DNA of 64,000 bases from Tubiluchus corallicola. Lineage: Eukaryota; Animalia; Priapulida. The notes below the pieces were generated by a model that saw only the letters and a list, made by a program, of their open reading frames with translations, was not told the DNA's origin and did not search any database. Below, piece after piece: positions 52,901-64,000 of this stretch. Positions within the stretch are counted from its first letter, which is position 1. Each line of letters begins with the position of its first letter. A program made the translations under genes and the position numbers. Where the stretch lies: NCBI GenBank assembly GCA_030141605.1, contig JAQGDQ010000003.1:744001-808000 (forward strand). The letters run 5' to 3'.

Positions 52901-55900
52901 TTTAAAAGCAGACTAAAACACAAAAGTATGCCTTGCATCCGCAAATTCAAATATGTGCTTAGATCATATAGCTCAGTTAAATCGAATCAGATAGGCTTTT
53001 TAACTGTCACAGCGTTGTCAAATCTTGGTGGTATTTTATCTGAAGTTGAGCAGAGATGTCATACTCGATTACATGCACAAGTCAGGTGCAAGTAAATTGC
53101 TACATTAAGCTCATGCCGAGCCTGAAGCCTTCATTACATCAGCGTTATATTCAGAAATTGAAGCCATTAAGTTTGGGCTGCAACCGAGCAGCTTTTTCTT
53201 CATCTCTCTCTCTATGCGCAACAATGTTATTAGTTACCAGTTGCAATCACTGCACATTATTTCCTCGGCTTCTGCTGATTTCATTCTGAAAATTGGCGAT
53301 ATGGCAACGCAATATAATATAAATTGTATATGTGGCGATTGGTGAACTACTCTCATGAAGGTAACCAGAACAGAAGGGCATCTCATATTCACAATAAGTC
53401 ATAGCTAAGAAAAGATCACAAAATGTCATCCCACCAACCTTCTAGTATCACCTAATACGTATACGATAAACTGCGGGAAATATTCCGAGTTTCTATTTTA
53501 AAAGGGTAAGAAACAAAATAAGTCAAACCAATTTTTTTATAAATATGATTCAAAATCTTGGGAATACGTTCAAATAGTTTAGAGAGAGTTTTAAGACACA
53601 TGAAAATCATTTTTATCCTACCTCCCATTTATCAACGGTTGAAACTAAATGTAATGATATTATAAGTTAACTGATTGATATTAACCATTACATTGTTAGT
53701 ATTGCACGAGCTGTTCGGTCAGGTATCGCAATCGCAATAAGTTTTATTCGACCTAAATTCCTACATATATCAAACTAAATAATCATCTTAGTTAAAGCTA
53801 GATGAAATAATGAAGTTAGTTAATGCAATCAAAACTCGGGATTTTAAAAACTACACAGTCATTTAACCAACTAACTTTGGCTAATTGATTTGCTTCATTG
53901 CTTAAAATATAATTAATTGTTTTTTGCAATTGAGGTTGCGGTACGTTGTCAAAAATGACTTATTAAAGAATTTCGTGTAAACAGGCGGGTGGAGTGTAAT
54001 CCTCGTTCGACTTACATCAAAATTTACTGTATTATAATATCAATTAAATGGTATACAAAATGAAGCGAATCCAGCGTAGCCATAACGTGATATTTTTGCA
54101 AAATCGCTTGATATTCACGCATAAGAAAGTTCATGTATCCTGTGTTAATATATGCACTGTCTTTCCTGCCATGACTTAAATAGGTTTCATCAGCCAGTGA
54201 CTTTACACAACAAGCAGCTTTACCTAATAGGCGTAAGAATAATCTACGAGCTAATTACAGTATTACACACCTACTGCACATAATGCAAGTATCATGCAGA
54301 AGCCAATCATATCGAATATCCACCTACAGAGTCTCAGTGTACGTGGTATAGCATCAGTGCGCTAAAAATATTAGCAGCTAATGATTAACAAAGTTTATAG
54401 CACACAAAGGAACTAATATCCATATACGAACAAAGAATGTACTTTGTCTTCACTTGCATGTGAATATAGCAATTAAGTAACAGCTTTTAGTGGCGAATAA
54501 AGATCTTAATAAACACATAGTCATGTAAACTAACACTAATATCAGTCTTTTATTAAACATTATAAAAATGTAGCGTTTGTTGTAATCTTGTGGGAAAATC
54601 AGTGCGGTATAATTAATTTTAACTTCAGTGGTGACGCCGATAACATGCGGCACATATAAGAACCTATATATATATATATATTTATTTATTTATATGGAGT
54701 TATCGTCATTAAAATCCAAGCCTAAATGCTACCAATAACAATTAATGTTCGTCTGTAACCAGCACAATACATGGATGCAAACATACATCACATAGACAGT
54801 TTGAACTGCACTATTAAAAAAGAGAGTCAAAGGAAAACCGGATGATTATGTAAACACTGGTTCAGAATAAAGAATGCTCTAAAATATTGAAAACTACAAA
54901 AGTTTTTTAAATCAAAGCTTAGAATAAAAATAATTGCCTCGGATACTCAAATTTCGTTAAACTTTCAAAGCTCCGCGCGGCTTAGTGAATCCACTAAGAT
55001 AGACAGCGGCGCCTATTTGTCACATTCGCGTGGCCGACAAATAGAAGGCGGTACCCTGATAAGCACGATCATGAACTGCAGTGTTAGTTTCTGACGTCGT
55101 ATGATATACAGCCCACTTTTCGTGACACTTGCGTTTAAACAGTACTGTAACACTTATGCAAATGTGCTTGATGCGCAAGGGAAGACGCCTGCCATTGCAC
55201 AAACTGTGGTTAGTTTCTGACGTAAGCAATAGCTGTGTCTGATTGCCGTTAAGTATCTTTCCAAGCTAAATATTCAAATATAAGGAAAAATTGTTAACTT
55301 TTATAGGCAAGAAAATATATATTTTTGATAGTAAATTAAAATGAGATCGAGTCTAAACAATCGTCCGGTCTTCCTTTAAGCAGCATGCGTATGCGGATGC
55401 GTTTAAGGGGGGGGGGGGAATAGATAAAATCGGTTATATTGTTTTCAATGCACCCGTTTATGCAGCCTATGTTATTTTTTCCGCAGGCTATTCCGCGTGG
55501 CTAAACCAATTCGTGGCTAAAAGGCATGGTAACAAAAGTGTGACCTTTAACTTTACCAAATGGCTTCGTTTTCAACAGGGCATTTTTGAAAGAAGCCATA
55601 CTATGACCTTGTGACAGATGTGATCAGAAAAATATTAGTACACCTTGGAGACTGACAGGTTTGACGGTGAAGCATGAAAAGCACAGAGAATCAGTGAAAC
55701 TTTACTGTCAAAAACGCAAGAAAAAAGTTATACATTCGCGTTATATGTACACTGTTTACCCAAAAGAAGCAGCCAAGGTTTCCGGGTAAAACTTTAGGAA
55801 AAATTATTGTGCTTTACTAATTAACAGAGTGGGGGATTCGCAGCATTAGTTCCCAAATTTTGCGTCAGGAGAGAACCACTCCTAGTCTAAACTAAAATAC

Positions 55901-55996
55901 AAAACAAGACAAGTTTGAAAATGCTGGCCTTTGAGAATGTCAATGGAATATGGAGTAAGCGCCATCGGGACTACTACTCAGCCAGCATACCGTAAG

Positions 55997-56618
55997 CATT
56001 AAATTAAAGATTATCCTTAAAGAAAAACCGGGCCCAATCTCAAACAATAGCTCAAAACAATCTACCTCTAAAATATTGAAAGGGAACACGCTACTTTTTC
56101 AAGAATGAGATACGTAGGAGAATTATTACCACATAATGGTAACTATACGTTCGCGCGGCTAGTTCTTCGCTGTTACATGTATTTCGCCATTCGCTAGTTA
56201 GACGGGTACTAGCGCCTGCATTTCGGAAAAGCGTTGCACAAAAACTGATGCTGTACCACTCAGTTCAGATGTGTTCAGTTGTGACGTAGTGCACACATTT
56301 GACAACGCATACGTGAGCACAGCAGTAAACTTGAAATTTGAATTTTAAACTTAAAATTTGCTAAGTTATTGTATATCACACTGAACGTTGCACAGTAGTA
56401 TTGTACTTCAATTTTCGTTTTCGCAAACACATGCAACACGCTCGCGGAATATTTGTGCTGTTGAAAATTATGTTCAGTTGGAACGTCATCACTAGTTGGG
56501 CTTGACATTAATTAAGTTTTTAACTTATTATTTAACTATCACAAACGCTTTGGCATTATTATAGGTGTTAAAATGAATACTACTTCAAAATGGGGTATGA
56601 TATGAAAAGTCATCCCGT
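55997..56618 (+). mobile_element. Dispersed repeat family A, copy 3 (~620 bp)
   Basis: See copies at 4513-4973 and 39133-39774. Ends atatgaaaagtcatcccgt. Confidence 0.9.
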
Positions 56619-59600
56619 TTTGAGCTTCTTCCTGTTTGTTGTGCGTGTTGCGTAAACTGTGAATTTTGGTCATTAGATGTTTCTCGCTACCAAAAGCAAA
56701 GAATTACTGATTAAAGTTATCAAAAGCTGCTGAGTCTAGCAAAAAGAACAATTCAAATGCCCTTTCGGTCTGATGATATTTGAATCACTTCCGTACTTAC
56801 AACAAGCATATTTCGCAGGAGCTACACACGCGCAGGCTCACGCACACCAAAGCCTTCATAAAGCCTACTCACATCACAAGATGATCATTTAATCACTTTA
56901 TGCCAAGCATTTGATTTTATGTTTGACTTAGGATTAATGAAAATTCTCTCTTTCTTACTCACGGCACCTAATCTTGCTGACAAAGCAGCCTGTTCTTTAA
57001 TACTGACATCAGAATTTTACACAGGATCATTTTCTTTACTAACAATAGAAATCATTATACAACCGAAGTCTCCGCTTCTATCGACTTTCAAAAACTGCAA
57101 TGCTGCACAGCTTATTGGTAAATACATAATATACCTTGCAAGGTTTTTATTATTTTTCTCAAATTCGCTCTAAACACTCATTTTCCATGGAGAAATTTGA
57201 ATATGTAACGAAAATGAACAACCGTGCGTCTTGAAATGTTTATTTATTATATATTTCTCTCAGAATGTATGACATACAAACTGGTACACTAAATTAAATG
57301 TACCGACAATTTTTTATTTCTGTCAAAAAGCACCTTTTTGAAACTCAGCTTTTAACCGTGACTGTTTGTGACGTTTCGGGCAAACTGCAAACAAACATTT
57401 GACGCAAGAATGGCCACTAACCACTCAGTAACCAGTAAAAATGACGGTAGTTATAATAAGCAACTGCGTGAAACTATTTGCGTAGAATTTACCCCGCCAC
57501 TTTGCTTGTTTTGTAGTAGAATGTGTTTGAGTTCAAAGGATAGACAAACAAAAAACTCGCTGTTCGTGATTAGATGATTAAGACACCTAGAAATGTGACA
57601 AGCAAAAGAAATCCAGCAATGCCAAAAATAAAACGTCGCGTCGGCTTATCTTTAAAACAATGCTTCACTTACATTTACAAGCAAGACACCAAATAGTCAA
57701 TACAGGTGCGGGCAACGCACAGACACGTATGACAAGGTTAAAAAGCTAAAATAAGAAAACGCGTATGTCTACCACACTAAGTTGGCTAAATAAATCGTAG
57801 GACTTACAGATCTTTTGCCGCACCTTGGAAATTTTGATGATGTCGGATTTTCTATCAAATATTGACAGTTGCACTAGTAGATACTAATAAGGCATGATGG
57901 CTTTCATCTTTCATGAATTCGGAGATTAACAATATCCATGATACGCAAAAATGTTGTGTTTATTCAGTGATGGTGAAACAGTGTGATTTCAATTACTTTC
58001 GAGATATTTTTTGTCCAGGCTGTCCCTCTAAAACAGTCGTCCAGGTACAGGTTTGTTCACGCAGGCTGTAGACTCTACGTTTCAGGTAGGTATAATTAAC
58101 ACTGAATCACAGTGCGTGGCCAGTGCATTATCTGTATAAACCCCAATATTTATGTAGCTAGCTAAAGAACGCAGGGACAACCACAGGCGCATATAAGAAG
58201 TATTATAAAAAGGCCTAAGACAAATGTAGACTTACACGAATTTGATTTGCCAGTCTGCATATCGTTTCCATTATATAATATGAATGGAAGCAATTTAAAA
58301 AAAGTGCATCGTGAATTGAAGAAATTTCAAGAAAGGTCTAGACTATTCTGGTGTTAAGTAATGACATGTTATGTAGAAACTGAATCTCTCTAACTTGAAG
58401 GTCACCTTCAGAAAAGCGAGTTACCAAACCATCGAATCTGGAAATTTGTAAATACAGCAGACATTTAAAGAAAAAAATGACAGGCGGAAAAAGTGCATCA
58501 GTGGCATTAGAGCAAATATAGACTTTCTTCAAATTACAAATTTTTGTTTTTAACTCCCAAAGGCCGGGACTTTACATCTCAATGTGGAGATAAAACAATA
58601 AATTTTAACGTAAGAAAGTAATGACTTGAAATACAGGCTTATGTATTTAAGGCAGCATGCATATGATTTTACGGTCACTGAAGTACAAAAGTAGTCCATG
58701 CACCAACCATGCTTTCTACAGATTCTACAAAGTTCAATAAGAATAGGTATTAATTAATACACATTTAATTTAGGAAATATTACTACCAAATCAAGATGAT
58801 CAGGCAAACAAACCTTCAGCAAAATTAAACTATACAACAGAATACAGTGTAATGACTAAGACACAGCTATGTCGGATTGTTAATAGCCTCTCAGCACCAC
58901 ATCCAAAAAAAATTAGATTAAATGCAACTTCAAAAACCTTACCAGAAACTCATTTTCAGAGAGCAGCTAGTCAGCAAACAGAAGTTTTAAAAATACGAAA
59001 GTAATACACATCCTACTGTAACATTTGTAAACTTTTCTCAAGCTTCAGATAATGCAGAAAATCTGAAGGTCATAATGGACTCTTGTACTTAACAAAAGAT
59101 CAAAGAATCAATCACCATGTTTACCAGTGCAATTAATCGATCTCCAACTTACTGCACTGCTACAGCTTCTGCACACAAGCAAATGCTTTCAGAATGCAAC
59201 TCAACCAAACAACGAAAAGCTGCACACGATATTTGCAAACATTTCAGCACAGAAAAGCAAAGCGATTTTACAAACTGCTGCAAAAACGTTACACTGTTTA
59301 GCTAAGGTAGCAAGTAAAGTAGGTGAGGTAAGGTAGGTAAAATAAAGTTAAATACAAAATTTAGGAAAAAAATCGCCAGTGGAATGTTATAGAATAAGGT
59401 GTTGCAGATTGTAAATGGTTCTAATATGAATTCGACACATCCTGTTACAAAAATGTTATTAGCATCAGCACATTTCTTGTAGTATAGCTCGCAAATTCTA
59501 TAAGGAAAACACTTTTTGCAAAGGGCGATTTGGCTGCAAAACTCTAAACGTTGTTTTCTTTTTGCACTTTTCATGATCGTGGGTTACAAACAGGGATGTT

Positions 59601-60602
59601 TCTTTACTTTTCTGTAGTGTAGATGTTACAATCATTTGGTTTCATTAAAGCTCTCAGAATGAAGTACATGTTTGAAGATGTCAGTGACTTTTACTACAAG
59701 TTATTAAGCATTTGACTCTTTAATTAACTAAAAATTATATATATATATAGCAATAGCAAATGAACATAATTATTTCTGTTAAACGCAAACTGTAACCTTA
59801 TATTAGGCATAGTAACTAGTTTTGAATTCCGTAATCTTGTACAGAGCTTTTACAGTCCTAGTTTGGATAAATTGTAAATGTGAATTTTGCATAACAGAAA
59901 CAGAATATTTGAATAATTACTAAAATATGATCATCATAAAGATGATTATAATGTTTTTATCGTTTTTGTCAGTGGGAGTGTGTTTAATACAGAGCTATTT
60001 TGATAGTCCACTATTGTGCACAAAATAAATTCAAATGCGTTAGGGCTAGGCTAGGCTAATAAAATTAAACCAAGCCACAACTTGGCAGATGCACCAAGAA
60101 GCTGATCCACATAATTTTCTTTAAGGAGTAGGGCAACATTGTAATGCAAAAGTTTTTATACTCAGAACATCGTACCTGACTAAAGTAAAAAAAAACTAAA
60201 TAGTTAGAACAAATGAAAAAGTCTCCAGAGACTTTTAGCTACACACTCGAGGAATGGAAATGCAAGCAAACACAGGTGAGGAACGCTTCACACTGTAAAA
60301 TTTACTTCTAGGCCTCTGAAGTAAACACGAAAGGCGTTTGAGAGCAAACTAATACCAGGCAAAATTTTCTACAGCAACTACAGAAGAAAGGAACCCGTCA
60401 CACGGTTGAATTAATATTTCACCAAATCTATACCGGCAAAACGAAGGCGCTTATACAGAGAAAAGCTCGTCAACACCATTAAATTCCTACCAACGCAATT
60501 TCTAAGCCTTCAAACACGCACGCGAATATCAAACCAGTTATCAACCACTGGCTCGGGCGAGAATTACGTTTTTGTCAAGAAAATTTTCTAAACCGTTTGA
60601 AA

Positions 60603-60973
60603 GTTCTGCAGTTCATCACCACGTGAGTGTTAATAACGTGCAATCGAAACTGCCACAAACTTCCAAAATGGTAGATGCCAGAATTGCTAAACCATGAACA
60701 CCATTCGAGGATTTTCTTCTACATGAGACTCCGCGTTTGATATACTAGCTATAGAATTGGCTATCAAATGCATAATAAAGAACTAAAACGAGATATGATC
60801 ATTCAATCGCAACTGAACCCAAAATGTTCGAATACACTGCTAAAACGCCCTTTTTTATCTGGTTTCGTCCACTAACTTTTTTAAGCGTTTTTCATCAAGT
60901 CAGTTTTCAACACTGTAGCGCCTAGGAGTTCTCTCTTGGGTACTCTTGAATAACAGTTGATGAACTGCAGGAC
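60603..60973. mobile_element. Possible MITE (~370 bp) bounded by a ~16-bp terminal inverted repeat
   Basis: gttctgcagttcatca (60603-60618) versus tgatgaactgcaggac (60958-60973), one mismatch. Non-coding interior; no obvious target-site duplication. Confidence 0.45.
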
Positions 60974-61948
60974 ATCATGAACAAACAGAAGGAAATTGGA
61001 CACCGGCGCACTTAGAATTATTACATCGATCTCTCCCACTCATCTGCTTAAATGTCAATGATTTCTGCTGATGGCAATGAGACAGATATAGTTTTACCAA
61101 CTACACACTACATTTCAAGGGCTTAGTTAAGAGTTAGAGGTTCTTCAAGTTTCTGACTGCAAGACATTATGGCTTCCTACTGTACATTATATAGGAAAAG
61201 ATGACGACATGTGGAAACCAGTCATTAACTAGAGAACAACAGGGTCTCAGTGAAACCAAATCAGTACTCAATACAAGCCAGTATAGATTTACTCTAAGCA
61301 CTCAGTACAGCATAGTAGTGCCTTTATCAGCCCTGTTGCTAGAAGTTGTGATTCCGTGCCATTTGCAGGCTTCATTAGTGCTGTGAATTGCCATGTAGCC
61401 AACACTCCCTCAGGGGAAGTTCTCTTCTTGTATGCATTAAGACACGCTTCCTTTCATCAGAACTGTTGCATATATAAATAGGAGCAAATTAAACCCCCAG
61501 GGCTGGAAATGTTATACCGTCTGACTCAGGTTTTCTTAAAGAGCGTAAGGCTAATTAAATCTGAAAATTCCTACGAAAAAAATAAAATATTTGTCTGCAA
61601 AAAATCAAATGATGAACACAAAACAATGTCAAAAAATTGCTCCAATGTTTTCAAGGGCAGATTTTCCTAAAACAATTCTTTAGATTTTAGATGCACAATT
61701 AAACTAACAAATTTTATGATTTGGGTTAGTCTGTAGTGTTTCGAAAAAAGTAGAAATCCATTTAGTTTCAAGTTAACTCCATTGTGTCTACAGATCCAAG
61801 ATGGTGAGCAAAAATGGTGATCCAAGATGGGGAATCTGCTTTAATAGCTCCTAACTCAAAATGACCCTTAATCTACAATATCTTAAGAGCAAATATTAAT
61901 TTTTATGAGTGATTTACGGGAAAATCACTGCCAATTTTTTTCCTTCCT

Positions 61949-62344
61949 TTGTGCAAATTTCCTAATTTTGTCAATGCCAGCCAGTCCTGCTTATATGGGC
62001 ATCAATATCTGTTACTCAGACAAATTTCTTTCTTCTTTTTAACAAATTTCCTTACTTTTCTACGCCAGCCACTTCTATCTGTTACTCTGTTACAAATTTC
62101 TTGTTTTCAGCAAATTTCTTTACTTTTTCAAAGCCAACCACTCCTACTTACAGGACAGCAATGCCTCGTTCTCGGACAAATTTCTTTCCCACCTTTTTGT
62201 AAATTTCCTTGTTTTTTCAATGGACTCCACTTCTGCTCATATAGGCAACAATGCTTATTTCTCGGGCAAATTTTTTTCTTTCCTTCTACAAATTTCTTTT
62301 ATTTTTTCAAAGACATCCACTTCTGTTTATACGGACAGCAATAA
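61949..62344. repeat. Degenerate tandem array of ~90-bp units (four to five copies)
   Basis: Recurring aaatttc...tttcaa...ccac.tct.ct.ata.g.ca.caat...ctc.g.caaattt pattern. The + ORF shows repeated ~30-aa units (CKFP.F.N...C.Y..Q.L.L.QI.F). Confidence 0.75.
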
Positions 62345-63131
62345 TTGTTTTTTTGGGTACCATTACTTTTCAATCACAACATCAGGACAAGTTTCTGAAA
62401 TCAACCATTAGCCCAGCAATGAAACGACAGTAATTAGAAATTGAGCACAAAATATGGCAAGTTTTGTATTTCAGCTGAAGTGACACAGCACTGTTTAATG
62501 TAATCCTTGGTTTTGCGAACACGTATGAAACCCACATGAACGATTCCTATTGGAAAATTGTACCCAACGGTAAGTCCTCACAATGATTTTTAATTCAGCT
62601 TCTAAGTGCTAAATTTTAACAAATACAGTGGAACTTGCTGTAGTCAAAATTAGTTATGGTCCAAAAATCATCGTGCTTTTCATTAAGTAAATCACCTATC
62701 ACATCCACACCTGAAACCAACAACACTGTGTCAGAAATCTCCAGGCAATGCTATTCTGGAATCTTGACAAAGCAAAATAAAATAAAAGCATCATTCATAA
62801 AACTGCTGTCAATTTAACACTGGTATTGCCATAAAAATACTGGTATGCAGAATTTTATGTGAAATGAAGGGTACGGGTAAATCATGTTTACAGGTAAGAG
62901 ACAGCTCCTCAGACTTTTTTGGTGTTCTTTGATTTGCTAACCTAATTTCGCTGACTATCATTAATTCGTCACAATCAATGACAAGCACCACAGATGTATA
63001 AAGAAAACCAAAGCAGAAAACAACTAGCTGTACGAGTATTAACAGAAGTTAGTGGTAACTTTAACAAACAGCTGTGCCAACATTTTTGTCAGGTGCACAT
63101 TGGATAACATTACATAGTATTTGGCCAATTT

Positions 63132-63302
63132 CTACACCTGAGTATTTCCATTGCACGGTGCTGCTGACTAAGAAGTGCAAAAAGCCAGAACATATAGCAC
63201 CTTGTAAGCAAACTAGTATCTAAAATTCCAGGGTATAATTGCCATTGCTGACTTACATCATTACTCTTAGGGGGGGAGGAAGGCCAATCCAACAAGCTGC
63301 TC
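63132..63302 (-). CDS. Candidate last two exons (63257-63302 and 63132-63167) of a gene entering from beyond the window end
   Basis: tttacaccag|GAGCAGC...AATGAT|gtaagt, an 89-nt intron ending tttttgcacttcttag|, then TCAGCA...GTGTAG. The joined frame reads xSSLLDWPSSPPKSNDSAAPCNGNTQV*. No homology recognised. Confidence 0.25.
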
Positions 63303-64000
63303 CTGGTGTAAAGCATACTCCTTACATGAATTAAAGTCTTAAGCTGTCACATCATGAATTAAATGTCTTTGATACATTTAGTGGAAATACAAATACAGCA
63401 TTTTTGGTTAAACTATGACTTCTTTCTTTAGTGGAAATACAATGTCCTGTGGCTGTGAAGAGTCTGTCTTACTTACTGCATCTTTCAGAAAATATACAGA
63501 AAATATTTCAGAAATATTTCAGAAAATATGCATCTAAGTAATACATAATAGGACTCAAAGAAGTCAGAGTTCAATGGCATGCATACTTAGGAAAATTAAG
63601 TTACACAGTTATATTTATCCAAATCTTGACAATTTTACCATTACCCCAAAAGCATTAATGTGGTAACTATGGGGACTTAAATGTTCTCTGAGTAAGGTCC
63701 TACATTTTGAGAAAAAATCTCTGTGAGACACACTGCAAGACAATTTCTCATTTCAGTACCCTGTGATATTACAGAAACTTCACAAATCTCTGCAAAATGA
63801 TTACAAAGATAGTTGTGTGTCATCTGAGTCACAAATCGGGCAAAAGTTGTTCATACCAATGCGGGTGTGGAATCTTACTCTTATGCTCACTTTCTCATAT
63901 AACAAAAAATTCTGGCATGCTGAGTAAGTTCACATATGTCATATGCCAATAATGTAATAATGATGGATAATATTCTTTGACTAGGCAAAATCCATGACAA

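Overview
AT-rich, largely non-coding eukaryotic DNA, most likely from an invertebrate metazoan (inferred from microsatellites, GT-AG splice signals and LINE/SINE relics). There are no prokaryote-style genes, operons or CRISPR arrays, and no recognisable full-length gene. Nearly all ORFs in the supplied track look like chance or low-complexity ORFs. Well supported: four decayed non-LTR retrotransposon (LINE ORF2 3' end) relics; a probable tRNA-derived SINE; at least two dispersed non-autonomous repeat families with three copies each; a regular 38-bp minisatellite with 76-bp higher-order structure; a ~140-bp degenerate array; a ~90-bp degenerate array; and several microsatellites. Weakly supported: short minus-strand segments with canonical splice signals, some microexon-sized, that can be joined in phase into a hypothetical membrane protein. 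That model is speculative and needs RNA-seq. I found no convincing novel biological system; the best leads are listed as findings.
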